IMG/VR virus record: IMGVR_UViG_2778261277_000016
Coordinates: 1-25,499 of that record
DNA: 25,499 nucleotides
Strand: one strand, 5' to 3'
From: a virus
Taxonomy: Duplodnaviria > Heunggongvirae > Uroviricota > Caudoviricetes
Shown: positions 15,968-25,300 of the stretch, in pieces
Layout of the letters: each line of letters starts with the position of its first letter
Numbering within the stretch: position 1 is the first letter of the stretch
Position numbers and translations under genes: made by a program
The notes under the pieces: model-generated
What the model was told of the DNA's origin: nothing
What the model saw: only the letters and a program-made list of their open reading frames with translations
Database searches by the model: none

Positions 15968-16608
15968 CGTACAGCCTCCGCAATCCGGCCCAGCACCGTG
16001 TTATAAATCAGGCGCTCATCTGCCTGGCTGATACCCAGCAGCTCACGTACCGGGTAATCGGTGAAAATGCCCGGCGCAACCTGATCGCGCTCACCGAACT
16101 GATGAACGCGGGCAATACGTGCGGCCACGCCGCTGTAACCCACCGTCACACCGGAAGCATCTGCACGGGCTTTCAGGTAGCGGGCGGTGCGCAGTTTTAC
16201 GAACATGGGGACGCGCTTTGTGCTGTCCTGGTTGATGCGCCGGGTGCGTATTTCCAGAAAACGGTCGATGTCATCCCGGTAAAACGTGCGGATATTGTTT
16301 TTATCCTCATCCCACCCGGTAATGGTTCGCCCGTATTTCCCCGTGTCGTGACGCCAGTTTTTCAGCGTGCGTGCTTCGTTATTCCAGATAAAGCGAATGC
16401 GTTCCTGTATCCGGGTTACGCGGCGTCTGCGTGGTGTCCACGCGGTCCCGTCCGGCGCTTTCTGTGACCGGATACGCGCCTGCTGGGCGCGGCGTAAATC
16501 CTGTGCCAGCTTTCTGGCGATGTTATTGATGGCCTGCTGATTCAGGCTGTCGCGGATGGCCTCAAAGGTTTCATCCACGCGGGTGAATGCCTTATCCATC
16601 GCTTTCAC
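15964..16608 (-). CDS. S: Tail completion / virion morphogenesis protein S (P2 gpS family)
   Basis: Position between R and V. The ORF is longer than P2 gpS as I remember it, so the start is uncertain. Confidence 0.7.
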   Translation of the reverse strand: MKAMDKAFTRVDETFEAIRDSLNQQAINNIARKLAQDLRRAQQARIRSQKAPDGTAWTPRRRRVTRIQERIRFIWNNEARTLKNWRHDTGKYGRTITGWDEDKNNIRTFYRDDIDRFLEIRTRRINQDSTKRVPMFVKLRTARYLKARADASGVTVGYSGVAARIARVHQFGERDQVAPGIFTDYPVRELLGISQADERLIYNTVLGRIAEAVR

Positions 16609-17059
16609 CCCACGTCACATCCTGGAATACATGCGACCAGTCGCCTTCGGAAGATGGCAGGCGGGGTTTTGGCTCCGGCAGGTGTTCTGCCTGCGGTGTG
16701 CCCTGACTGCTGCGCGTGATGCGAACGCGTTCCCGCAGGGGGAGCGTAAACAGGAGATCGGCGCTGTCATCGTCATTGATAACGGCGGAGAATTTGATGT
16801 CCTGATTACGCTCCGGATTGAGCAACAACTGTGGCTGATTTTCGGATAACCACGCCAGCAGCGGCAGCGTGAGGTCGTCCAGCTCCCCGGCGTAATCCAT
16901 GACAAACATCACCATCTGATAGAGGTAAACAAACGATGGGGTTTCTCCGGTCGTTTCAATGTTGCCGCTCTCCACGAAAATGGTGAATTTTTCCGGGTTG
17001 GCCTGACACCATCGGCATGAACGGGTCATGGCTTCACGCAGGGAATCAGTTTTCAGCAT
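16592..17059 (-). CDS. R: Tail completion protein R (P2 gpR family)
   Basis: 155 aa; N-terminus MLKTDSLREA resembles P2 gpR (MLKPDSLRRA) from memory. Confidence 0.75.
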   Translation of the reverse strand: MLKTDSLREAMTRSCRWCQANPEKFTIFVESGNIETTGETPSFVYLYQMVMFVMDYAGELDDLTLPLLAWLSENQPQLLLNPERNQDIKFSAVINDDDSADLLFTLPLRERVRITRSSQGTPQAEHLPEPKPRLPSSEGDWSHVFQDVTWGESDG

Positions 17060-17336
17060 GGTTGTTATCCTCGTTGTTCAGTCGTTGCAGCCTGCGCTGT
17101 TCCAGTAATTCAATGGCCCGTTTATCCGCGTTACAGGTTTCCAGTGCATCCAGAAGGCGGTCGCCCCATATACCGAGATTTCCCCATGTGGGAGTGTCAG
17201 GGAAGGGGGGAGGCGTTACCGGTATGGTCAGCGTCTGCGGTATAAGCCGGACTGACGGCGCTGGCCGTGGCGCGTTCTGCGTGCCTGCGCAGCCTGTCAG
17301 TAAAACGAGCGTCAGGCAAAGCGTGGGCGCATTCAT
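17046..17336 (-). CDS. Outer-membrane spanin lipoprotein (Rz1/LysC-like), overlapping the i-spanin gene
   Basis: Start chosen at MNAPTLCLTLVLLTGCAG: signal peptide with lipobox LTGC; Pro-rich mature part; begins inside the i-spanin gene in another frame and runs past its end. Confidence 0.55.
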   Translation of the reverse strand: MNAPTLCLTLVLLTGCAGTQNAPRPAPSVRLIPQTLTIPVTPPPFPDTPTWGNLGIWGDRLLDALETCNADKRAIELLEQRRLQRLNNEDNNHAEN

Positions 17337-17604
17337 CTTTTGCAATATCGTTGCGTAGCTGTTCACGTCTTACCTCTCCGTCCTGATTGCGTTGCTGATT
17401 TTCCACGCGGAGTTGCGCCAGCACCTGCTGCATATCCTGTACCCCGGCGCTGATGATATTCAGGGTGTCGGCGGTACTTTTCAGGGTGCTGGCCTGCGCT
17501 TCGTTTCTGGCGTTCTCCCGGCCCAGCGACCACGACAGACGCATGGATGTTCCCCATCCGGCAATCAGAAGGAAAGCGATGCCAAGCGTGGGCCAGAGCT
17601 TCAT
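17197..17604 (-). CDS. Inner-membrane spanin (Rz/LysB-like)
   Basis: Start at MKLWPTLGIAFLLIAGWG (N-terminal TM helix) followed by a charged, Gln-rich coiled-coil region; ATGA overlap with the endolysin stop. Confidence 0.6.
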   Translation of the reverse strand: MKLWPTLGIAFLLIAGWGTSMRLSWSLGRENARNEAQASTLKSTADTLNIISAGVQDMQQVLAQLRVENQQRNQDGEVRREQLRNDIAKDECAHALPDARFTDRLRRHAERATASAVSPAYTADADHTGNASPLP

Positions 17605-17993
17605 GCCGGATAGGCTCCGTGTGGTAACTGAAAATGCGGTCCGTCTTTCAGGGTCTTCCAGTCGCCGCCCCATTCCACCGGAATATTCAGTTCCCGGCTG
17701 GCCTGTCTGAATGCGGTTGCGATTTTTTCGTACAGCGGCCATTCCCATGACACCTGGCTGCCGATATAAGCCACAACATCCACGGCATGACCCGTAAGGT
17801 GGCGGCTGTTCATGGTCTGGCTCTTACCCGTGGCCACCAGTTGCTTCTGGCGGTAACGGCTGCGCAACCCTTCGGTGATACCAAAATCCACTTCCGAGAT
17901 TTCCAGTGCCCGCCGGGTCACTTTCACCAGATCAGGATTTACGCCCTGCAAATTATTTTCGCTCCGGCTGCTGAATTTAAATGTGTTGCTCAT
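17601..17993 (-). CDS. Endolysin, peptidase M15 (VanY/L-Ala-D-Glu endopeptidase-like) type
   Basis: 130 aa with SRHLTGHAVD (His...His/Asp zinc-site-like) in the lysis-gene position; not the lysozyme fold of P2 gpK as I remember it. Confidence 0.7.
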   Translation of the reverse strand: MSNTFKFSSRSENNLQGVNPDLVKVTRRALEISEVDFGITEGLRSRYRQKQLVATGKSQTMNSRHLTGHAVDVVAYIGSQVSWEWPLYEKIATAFRQASRELNIPVEWGGDWKTLKDGPHFQLPHGAYPA

Positions 17994-18313
17994 TCGTCCT
18001 TCTCCTTCACCCTGCGATTAAAGGCCGCAATAACCTTGTCGCGTGCTTTCTCTGCCCCCATAAAACCGATTGATGCGCCGATAAACGTCACAGCATCTTC
18101 AGGAAACCCGAAGAAGCGCAACGACCCGGCCACGGCCATGGCAAGAACGCCGCACGCCAGCGATCCCGTTACGGTCTGAACCAGTGTTCGTCCGTCATAA
18201 AGACTCATCAGCGCGGAAATGCTGACTGCCGCGCCTACTGCATACACCGTTGGCAGGTGGTCAAAGAGCCACGCAATAACCTGCTCTGTGATCCCTGTTT
18301 GAATGGTGCTCAC
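17990..18313 (-). CDS. Holin (P2 gpY position), GTG start
   Basis: GTG at 18311-18313 preceded by GGGGGGAG, directly after the X stop. Product about 107 aa with hydrophobic segments and a basic C-terminus (KARDKVIAAFNRRVKEKDE). The 180-aa ORF in the track is an in-frame extension across X. Confidence 0.6.
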   Translation of the reverse strand: MSTIQTGITEQVIAWLFDHLPTVYAVGAAVSISALMSLYDGRTLVQTVTGSLACGVLAMAVAGSLRFFGFPEDAVTFIGASIGFMGAEKARDKVIAAFNRRVKEKDE

Positions 18314-18315
18314 TG

Positions 18316-18516
18316 CTACTCCCCCCACAACTGAATCATTTCTCGTTTCTTCTTCTCCGGCTCCGGCATCTCCACGTCCTGCCCGGCGTCCAGAAATACC
18401 TGCTGACAGAGTCCGGGGTTGGCATCCAGCACCTTTTCGGTGACGCCCTGCGTCGTGCCGTAGTACCGGAAACAGAGCGAATCCACGGTGTCGCCTTCCA
18501 GTGCCTTCACTTTCAT
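18316..18516 (-). CDS. X: Tail protein X (P2 gpX family)
   Basis: 66 aa starting MKVKALEGDTVDSLCFRYYG; start overlaps the L stop as TGATG. Confidence 0.75.
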   Translation of the reverse strand: MKVKALEGDTVDSLCFRYYGTTQGVTEKVLDANPGLCQQVFLDAGQDVEMPEPEKKKREMIQLWGE

Positions 18517-19010
18517 CAGCACAACTCCGCAAAGATTCGCGGGCGGCACAGAATGTCAGAGATGGCCCAGCTCACATCACGCCACAAATCCGATGTCTGT
18601 ATATCCAGAGCGTCCGCCCGGCGGTCGCCCTTGTCCGTTGTGTCTGCATCACGATAACGCTCCAGAATCAGGGCGCGCGTGGCGGTATAAACAGCATTGC
18701 GCCAGTGCCAGAGATTGACGCTTTCTCCGTTAATTACGGGTGCCGGAACATCGGCCAGCGTCTGATGGCCAGCTGCCTGCTGTTCCTGCTGCCATGCTTC
18801 CAGCTCGCGGGTAACGTGTGCCACAGCCCCGGTGGCAGTATGCAGCAGGCGGGAGGTGGTCACGCGGCCCGGCAGTCGTACCGCCAGACGCAGCTCGCGC
18901 AGTACAATATCCGGCCAGAATGCACCCGCTGAAATGCGGGTATCGCCATCATCGGTATCGGTGATGTCGTCCTCTGCGGGTCTGGGTTCAGTTCTGGCAA
19001 CCATAGTCAT
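18516..19010 (-). CDS. L: Head completion protein L (P2 gpL family)
   Basis: Position after M; CAGGAG RBS 8 nt before the ATG at 19008-19010. The ORF track starts at a GTG 9 nt further upstream. Confidence 0.8.
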   Translation of the reverse strand: MTMVARTEPRPAEDDITDTDDGDTRISAGAFWPDIVLRELRLAVRLPGRVTTSRLLHTATGAVAHVTRELEAWQQEQQAAGHQTLADVPAPVINGESVNLWHWRNAVYTATRALILERYRDADTTDKGDRRADALDIQTSDLWRDVSWAISDILCRPRIFAELC

Positions 19011-19023
19011 GGGGTTCACTCCT

Positions 19024-19096
19024 GAAAAAAATCGGGCGGTGGGTGCGCGGTGTAAACGGTCACGGAGTCAAACCGGAACACCGCGCACGCCGCCCG
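19024..19096 (-). terminator. Rho-independent-like terminator or attenuator between M and L
   Basis: On the - strand: GC-rich imperfect stem (GGGCGGCGTGCGCGGTGT ... ACACCGCGCACCCACCGCCC) followed by ATTTTTTT, inside the M-L intergenic region. Confidence 0.4.
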
Positions 19097-19112
19097 CTGA
19101 CGGGGTCAGTCG

Positions 19113-19913
19113 TTAACCGCGCTTCGCCTTCTGCGTCGCGGTGGTTTTTCGTGTTGCAGGCTTCCGCGTTGTCTTTTTACTTTTGCTGCTTTCGTCCTGC
19201 GCCTGCTGTGCGCTGGCGTCTTCTGGTTCGGCTGCGGAATCGGCTTTTTTCAGGGCGCGGGAAAGGGTTGCAATCTCGCGTTTCACACCTGCGTTCGGGT
19301 TCAGGTGCATCGCTTCGCGCAGCAGCTTCAGTGATAAGGCCATGTTGTCTGCATCGGTCAGACCACGACGGGCAAAGGCGCACGCCTTGCATAATTTGGC
19401 GCGTACTTCGTCCGGCATGTCCTGGTCGGTGACAATCTTCCGGAGGGTGTCCAGTGGTTCGATAAAGGCGGACAAATCCGCGTCGGCATCCGCCCCGGCC
19501 TGCGTCAGTACCGGGTTGCAGATTTCTTCGGTCAGCACTGTGGCAGCAGTACGGCCAAAGTTATCCGGCATAATGAGGTTATGACGGACCACATACGCAC
19601 CAATACGCAACGCCAGCGGAAGATCGCCGCAGTCAATCGCCCACACCATCAGCGTGGCAATCACTTCATCCTGCTGCCCGCCGTCAGCCTCCAGCGTTCC
19701 CTCAATCCAGCCGGAAAAATCCGGCAACAACTCTTTTTTGATGGCGGCTTTCGCGCTTCTGGCCTGTACGCCCTTAAGCCGGGCCTGTGCCAGACGCAGA
19801 CGATACAGCACCTCTTCATGCGCGGTACGCGCGGCGTGGTCCACGCCTTCATTCGCCCGGCCTGCGCGCTGTGCCATCACGTTCTGCCAGTGTTGCTGTG
19901 CAGGAGTAATCAT
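19113..19913 (-). CDS. M: Terminase small/endonuclease subunit M (P2 gpM family)
   Basis: 266 aa with a basic Lys/Thr-rich C-terminus; position after N. Confidence 0.85.
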   Translation of the reverse strand: MITPAQQHWQNVMAQRAGRANEGVDHAARTAHEEVLYRLRLAQARLKGVQARSAKAAIKKELLPDFSGWIEGTLEADGGQQDEVIATLMVWAIDCGDLPLALRIGAYVVRHNLIMPDNFGRTAATVLTEEICNPVLTQAGADADADLSAFIEPLDTLRKIVTDQDMPDEVRAKLCKACAFARRGLTDADNMALSLKLLREAMHLNPNAGVKREIATLSRALKKADSAAEPEDASAQQAQDESSKSKKTTRKPATRKTTATQKAKRG

Positions 19914-19930
19914 TTTTTCTCTCCGTTACA

Positions 19931-19949
19931 GGCGGGCATGATGCCCGCC
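19931..19949 (-). other. Stem-loop in the N-M intergenic region
   Basis: Perfect palindrome GGCGGGCAT-g-ATGCCCGCC about 10 nt after the N stop; no U-tract. Confidence 0.3.
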
Positions 19950-19958
19950 GTGAGTTGA

Positions 19959-21011
19959 TTAGCTGTCGGCGAACTTCAGGCCAGTAACCATCGCGCACTT
20001 GCCATAGTCTTCAACGACATAAGCGTCATTGATGGACTGGTAGGTGGCGATGCGGTTGTATTCCGGCTCGTCTTTCATCAGGCGACGCATTGAACCTTTC
20101 TGCCAGTAAATCGACAGGTTGTTGAACGAGGTGATCAGCATCGCTGCATCCGGGAAGAACGGCGCAAGGAACACGCCCAGCCCGCCAATGGTGCGCGATG
20201 ACAGGATGAGCTGCCCGGCGAGTAATTCCGCATTGGGATTCTGGCCGCTGATGCTGTTCAGCACGGGCAGACGCAGCGAGTTAAACAGGTTGCGCCCCAT
20301 AATCACCACGAGGTCGTCAGCTTCCTTGTGCCATTCATCCAGCAGGGATGAACGCGCGTCCTGTACCAGTGCATCAGCGTTCGCATACTTACCCGCGTGC
20401 GCCACGGTGTTGTCCATGTTGCGGGAGGTCAGCGTCACGTCATTCATAACGCGTTCGCTGGCGTCGGTTCTGATGTGCTCCAGCCAGCCCACGTTAACGT
20501 CCTGAAGCAGCTTGTTGGTGCTGAAGTTGGACTCATCCGCGTGAGACGTGCCGTTGAAACCGATCATGATGCGGTCAAGCGCCACCTGTCGGGCAATCTG
20601 TGCGCTGATGCGGGACTGAAAATCAGGGTGTGCCGACCAGGCATCAAGCTGCGGATACGAAATAAACGTGTCGTAGTTCACCTGTTCGCACTGGTATTTG
20701 CGGTTTTTCAGATCAACCACGTTATTCGGGTTACGGCGTTTTGTGCCGTCATAACTGGTATTCGTGCGCGCAATCGGCCCGGTGGTATCCGGGAGGATTT
20801 TTTCGCCTTTCTGGTCGGTCACGCCGATCACGTTAATTCTTTTCGTAAATTCGGTACTTTCCTTTGAGGCGTTTTCAAAACGCTGCTGCACCGCGGGTTC
20901 CACGGTAAATCGCGATACCAGTGCAGATACCGGGATATTGTTAAGCGACGCCTGCTGCGCCATATAGCAACCCAGCTTGTTGCGGGTAATATCTGACATC
21001 ACCAGATTCAT
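19959..21011 (-). CDS. N: Major capsid protein N (P2 gpN family)
   Basis: 350 aa; motifs such as FTVEP, LDEWHKEADDLVVIMGR, FFPDAAMLITSFNNLSIYW and YVVEDYGKCAMV parallel P2 gpN from memory. Confidence 0.9.
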   Translation of the reverse strand: MNLVMSDITRNKLGCYMAQQASLNNIPVSALVSRFTVEPAVQQRFENASKESTEFTKRINVIGVTDQKGEKILPDTTGPIARTNTSYDGTKRRNPNNVVDLKNRKYQCEQVNYDTFISYPQLDAWSAHPDFQSRISAQIARQVALDRIMIGFNGTSHADESNFSTNKLLQDVNVGWLEHIRTDASERVMNDVTLTSRNMDNTVAHAGKYANADALVQDARSSLLDEWHKEADDLVVIMGRNLFNSLRLPVLNSISGQNPNAELLAGQLILSSRTIGGLGVFLAPFFPDAAMLITSFNNLSIYWQKGSMRRLMKDEPEYNRIATYQSINDAYVVEDYGKCAMVTGLKFADS

Positions 21012-21034
21012 AAAAAATTTGCTCCTTTGTCTTA

Positions 21035-21871
21035 TCAGAAGTCAGCCAACTGGTCGGAGGCTGCGCCCGTTGCGGGGAAGCGGTTCTGCGGATCGCCGTC
21101 CTGCGTGCGCAGTTTTTCCTTCAGTGCTGCCAGCTCTGTGGTCAGTGACGTGATTTTCTGGCGGTCCTGCTGATGGCGGGTTTCCAGCACATTAAAACGG
21201 TCGATAATGTCGGCCTGTGACGTTGCGACGCCTTCCACCGCTTCCTGAATACGGGAAAAACTGGCGTCATCCGCTTTGCGGCCACGGCCAATAATCCCCA
21301 TTACGCGGTTAAACCACTGGGTGCCTTCTTCCTGGCGTTGTTCTGCCATTTCGATGATTTCAGACTCGATGGCTTCGGAGATAAGCGGTGCTTCACCCTG
21401 GATACTGTTGAACGTCATCACCGCCTGACGCTGCTGTGCCGTGAATTTCAGGCGCTCAGTGCCCAGGCTTGCCGGGGTGTCGGTCATCGCCAGCCCGACC
21501 AGATAGGCGCGCCCGTTAACGGAGAACTGCGGGTGCAGTTCGATACTGGAATAGATTTTCTTGCCGTCAGCGACAAGCTGCTTCATGCGTTCGGTCGGTT
21601 CGATTTCTGCATACAGCGCAGTACGTCCGGCCAGCGGACCTTCCGTAATGTCTTCTGTACTCAGCGCGGTGACATCGCCCATTGCGGAAAATTCGCTTGA
21701 CGGGCATGGCGAGAGATAGTGCTCAACGTTCACGCGGGCAGCGTAAACATCCGGGTTGAAGTTCTCGGCGGCTTCACGCAGATGCACCGGACTGATTTCA
21801 CGGCCATCAACAGTTGATCCGGAGACAGCCACGCGAAACTTTTTGCGGGATGTCTTTTTTTCATTAGCCAT
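21035..21871 (-). CDS. O: Capsid scaffolding protein O (P2 gpO family)
   Basis: Start chosen at MANEKKTSRKKFRVAVSGSTVDGREI (GAGGGG RBS), which parallels the P2 gpO N-terminus; the ORF track extends 11 codons further upstream. Confidence 0.85.
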   Translation of the reverse strand: MANEKKTSRKKFRVAVSGSTVDGREISPVHLREAAENFNPDVYAARVNVEHYLSPCPSSEFSAMGDVTALSTEDITEGPLAGRTALYAEIEPTERMKQLVADGKKIYSSIELHPQFSVNGRAYLVGLAMTDTPASLGTERLKFTAQQRQAVMTFNSIQGEAPLISEAIESEIIEMAEQRQEEGTQWFNRVMGIIGRGRKADDASFSRIQEAVEGVATSQADIIDRFNVLETRHQQDRQKITSLTTELAALKEKLRTQDGDPQNRFPATGAASDQLADF

Positions 21872-21937
21872 AGTTTTTGCCCCTCTGACTGGTTCTTCAG
21901 TCATGATGGCAAAGCGTAACAGGCTGATACAAAGGGC

Positions 21938-21965
21938 TTTTGTTGTAAGAAAACGGCCAGAACAG
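21938..21965 (+). promoter_or_regulatory. Candidate late-promoter activator box TTTTGTTGT-N12-AGAACAG in the O/P divergent region
   Basis: TTTTGTTGT aagaaaacggcc AGAACAG, about 74 bp before the P ATG and 81 bp before the O ATG; same box as upstream of FI. Confidence 0.3.
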
Positions 21966-22025
21966 AGGGTTAAGGAGAACAGTTTCGCGCGCGGGTAATC
22001 TTCCTGTAATTACTCAGGGGGAGCA

Positions 22026-23777
22026 ATGATTCAGGACGCTTTTGTGCGCCAGCGTGCGCGGCAACTTTACTGGCAGGGTTATCCGCCCGCAGAAATATCA
22101 CGTCTGATGGGAATAAACCCGAACACGATTTATGCGTGGAAAAAACGTGACCAGTGGGATGAAACGCCACCCGTGCAGCGTGTCACGCAGTCCATCGATG
22201 CGCGCCTCATCCAGCTTACTGAAAAACAGAATAAAACAGGCGGTGACTTTAAGGAAATAGACCTGCTGACCCGGCAGCTTAAAAAGCTGCATGATGGCCA
22301 GCCGGATGTGATGGCCGCAGGAAAGAAAGGCCGGGCGAAAAAACTCAAAAATCATTTCACGCCGGAACAGATTGCCGCACTGCGGGAAAAAATCATCAGC
22401 AGGCTGGAGTGGCATCAGCGGGGCTGGTTTGACTCCCTGACCCTTTGCAGGGAAGCCGGGATACGTAACAGGATGATCCTGAAATCCCGACAGATTGGGG
22501 CGACCTGGTATTTTGCACAGGAAGCACTGCTGATGGCGCTGCGTGACGATGTGGCGCAACCTTACCAGCGTAACCAGATTTTTTTGTCTGCGTCGCGTCG
22601 TCAGGCGTTCCAGTTTAAAAGCATTATTCAGAAGGCCGCGGCTGAAGTTGATGTGGAGCTGAAAGGGGGCGATAAAATCATCCTCTCCAACGGCGCAGAG
22701 CTGCATTTTCTCGGCACTTCTGCTGCGTCGGCACAGTCCTATACGGGCAATTTTTATTTTGATGAATTTTTCTGGGTCAGTCGCTTTGCTGAACTGCGCA
22801 AGGTGGCTGGCGCTATGGCAACCCTCAGCGGACTGCGGCGCACCTACTTCTCCACGCCATCCACCGAAACGCACGAGGCATACGCCTACTGGAACGGCGA
22901 CCGCTGGAACGAGAAAAAGGCCTCGCATAAACGCCAGCGTTTTTCTGTGGACTGGAAAACGCTGCATAACGGGCTTATCTGCCCTGACCGGACGTGGCGG
23001 CAAATTGTCACGCTGGAAGATGTGGTTAATCACGGCTGGAAACACACCGATATCGACGAAATTCGTGATGAAAACACCGAAGACGAGTTCCTCAATCTCT
23101 ATATGTGTGAGTTTGTCCGCGAAGGGGAATCGGCATTTAACCTGAATATCCTGATTGGCTGCGGCGTTGACGGATACGACGACTGGAAAGACTGGAAACC
23201 TTTTGCTCCCCGCCCGATGGGGAATCGTCCGGTATGGATTGGGTATGACGCAAACGGCAGCAGTGGCAACGGCGACAGCGGCGCTGTGTCCGTGGTGGTT
23301 CCTCCGTTTGTTCCTGGTGGCCGTTTTCGAACGGTGGAGACGCGACGCGTTCAGGGGCTGGAGTTTGAAGAACAGGCCAGAGTCATTGAAGAGTTCACGT
23401 GTCGCTACAACGTGGAACACATCGGCATTGATGTGACGGGCGGGAACGGGGAGGCTGTTTATCAGATAGTGAAACGGTTTTTCCCTGCCGCTATTCCGTA
23501 CACCTTCACGCTGTCATCAAAACGGTCGCTGGTACTGAAAATGCTGCAAATAATGCGTGCCGGGCGGTGGGAATACGATCGCGCCGAACGCGAGCTGGTC
23601 GCGGCCTTTAACGCCGTGCGTAAGGTGAAAACACCGGGCGGCTTTATCACTTACGAAACGGACCGAGCGAGGGGGATCAGCCACGGCGACCTTGCGTGGG
23701 CAACCATGCTTGCTGTCATTAACGAACCGATTGGCGGCGAAGGAGAAAACGAGCGTTTCACGGTTATGGAGTTCTGA
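22026..23777 (+). CDS. P: Terminase large (ATPase) subunit P (P2 gpP family)
   Basis: 583 aa; GGGGGAG RBS; divergent from O and followed by the portal gene, as in P2. Confidence 0.9.
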   Translation: MIQDAFVRQRARQLYWQGYPPAEISRLMGINPNTIYAWKKRDQWDETPPVQRVTQSIDARLIQLTEKQNKTGGDFKEIDLLTRQLKKLHDGQPDVMAAGKKGRAKKLKNHFTPEQIAALREKIISRLEWHQRGWFDSLTLCREAGIRNRMILKSRQIGATWYFAQEALLMALRDDVAQPYQRNQIFLSASRRQAFQFKSIIQKAAAEVDVELKGGDKIILSNGAELHFLGTSAASAQSYTGNFYFDEFFWVSRFAELRKVAGAMATLSGLRRTYFSTPSTETHEAYAYWNGDRWNEKKASHKRQRFSVDWKTLHNGLICPDRTWRQIVTLEDVVNHGWKHTDIDEIRDENTEDEFLNLYMCEFVREGESAFNLNILIGCGVDGYDDWKDWKPFAPRPMGNRPVWIGYDANGSSGNGDSGAVSVVVPPFVPGGRFRTVETRRVQGLEFEEQARVIEEFTCRYNVEHIGIDVTGGNGEAVYQIVKRFFPAAIPYTFTLSSKRSLVLKMLQIMRAGRWEYDRAERELVAAFNAVRKVKTPGGFITYETDRARGISHGDLAWATMLAVINEPIGGEGENERFTVMEF

Positions 23778-24823
23778 TGAGCAGAAAAAATAAAAAAGTG
23801 CGCATGAGTTCACGCATTGATCTCGCTGATGCGCTCAGGAAAGAATCATCGCTCAGTGCATTCACATTTGATGGTCCTTATCGCCTGACCGGGCATGACC
23901 TGCTGGACAATATGTACTGTGCTGATAACGGGCGGTGGTATGAAACCCCGGTGGACTGGTACGGTCTGGCAAGAGCTGCCCGGCAAACGTCCTGGCATCA
24001 GTCTGCGCTTTACTTTAAGCGCAATGTATTGCTCGGTTGCTACATCCCGCACCCGCTGCTTTCCCGGCAGGATTTCTCGGCGCTGGCGCTGGACTGTTTT
24101 GTGTTCGGTAACGCATTCCTTGAGCTTCGAAGCAATATGCTCGGCGAACCGCTTAAATTACGGCACGCCCTGGCGAAATACATGCGACGCGGAAGCGATC
24201 TTGAATCATGGTGGTATGTGCAGGATGGCAAGGATGCGTTTCAGTTTCGCCCAGGCAAAGTGTGTCACCTGATGAATCCTGACATTAACCAGGAAATCTA
24301 CGGCATGCCGGAATATCTCGGCGCATTACTCTCGGCCAGCCTGTCTCATTCGGCGGACATGTTCAGAAAACTGTATTACGACAACGGATCCCACGCCGGG
24401 TGCATCATCTACATCGGTGCAGCGCAGGTAAACCGCGAAAGCATGGACTCCCTGAAAGAAACGCTACAGGGTGCGCGTGGTGGTGGTGCGTTTAAAAACG
24501 TGCTCATTCATGCGCCCAACGGGGGCAAAGAGGGGGTGCAAATTTTGCCGTTCCAGCAGATCACCGCAAAGGATGAGTTCATGAATGTTAAGGCGGCATC
24601 CCGTGATGATGTGCTGGCTGCGCACCGCGTTCCGCCGCAACTGATGGGGGCGATGCCGGGTGAAAAAAGTGCGTTTGGTGATGTGGAGAAGGCCGCGCGG
24701 GTTTACGCAATTAACGAGCTGATGCCCGTCATGGAGGCCATGAAGCACATCAATGACTGGCTTGGCGAAGAGGTGATCCGCTTTAACCCTTACGCACTGT
24801 TAGACATCCAGCCCACATCCTGA
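23777..24823 (+). CDS. Q: Portal protein Q (P2 gpQ family)
   Basis: 348 aa; start overlaps the P stop (TGATG); canonical cos-proximal position. Confidence 0.9.
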   Translation: MSRKNKKVRMSSRIDLADALRKESSLSAFTFDGPYRLTGHDLLDNMYCADNGRWYETPVDWYGLARAARQTSWHQSALYFKRNVLLGCYIPHPLLSRQDFSALALDCFVFGNAFLELRSNMLGEPLKLRHALAKYMRRGSDLESWWYVQDGKDAFQFRPGKVCHLMNPDINQEIYGMPEYLGALLSASLSHSADMFRKLYYDNGSHAGCIIYIGAAQVNRESMDSLKETLQGARGGGAFKNVLIHAPNGGKEGVQILPFQQITAKDEFMNVKAASRDDVLAAHRVPPQLMGAMPGEKSAFGDVEKAARVYAINELMPVMEAMKHINDWLGEEVIRFNPYALLDIQPTS

Positions 24824-24850
24824 CGCGCTTCGCTTGTCTGCTGCTTCGCC

Positions 24851-24873
24851 GGGGCATAAAAAATTTATGCCCC
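24851..24873 (+). other. Perfect hairpin just downstream of Q
   Basis: GGGGCATAAA-aaa-TTTATGCCCC (10-bp stem); no U-tract, so function as a terminator is uncertain. Confidence 0.35.
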
Positions 24874-25269
24874 GACTCTCCAGCTCCTGTATCAGTCAGA
24901 TAATTTCACGACGCCTTCCAGTTTATCGCCACCATCGACGGTCAGACTCTTACGCAATCCCACCGCGTTGACTGCATGTTCTCGCCGCCTCAGTGCGATT
25001 TTGACGGCCTTACCTTTCACCCCATCAAATCAGAATCCCTCACGTATTTTTCACGCTCAGCGTGAGAAATACGGCCATTCTGTCGTGTCGCTGCGACATC
25101 GTTAAGGGAACGCTATTTACCCCCTGAAACGCGGGCTGTTCCCCCGTCACCTGCGCGCAGAAAAAGCGCGTTTTTTTGTGCGCGCACGGATCCTTGACGG
25201 ATCCAGCCGCCATGCGGGCCGGAAGGGTAAAAAGTCGTTCAAAAAAATTGTGCAAATTTGTGCACTTTT

Positions 25270-25300
25270 GTGCAAACAAAAAGCGCCCCTGAGGCGCTTT
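25270..25300 (-). terminator. Rho-independent terminator for the - strand gene entering from the right edge
   Basis: Stem AAGCGCC(25281-25287)/GGCGCTT(25294-25300) with a 6-nt loop; on the - strand it is followed by TTTTTGTTTG. Confidence 0.5.

Noticed and set aside
17990-18532. 180-aa ORF as a long holin
   Set aside because: Its N-terminal 73 codons overlap gene X in another frame and are Arg/Gly-rich; a GTG with a GGAG-type RBS directly after the X stop gives a holin-sized product.
22098-23420. 440-aa ORF on the - strand inside the terminase gene
   Set aside because: Antisense to a well-supported terminase large subunit gene; no RBS or features of its own; typical shadow ORF.
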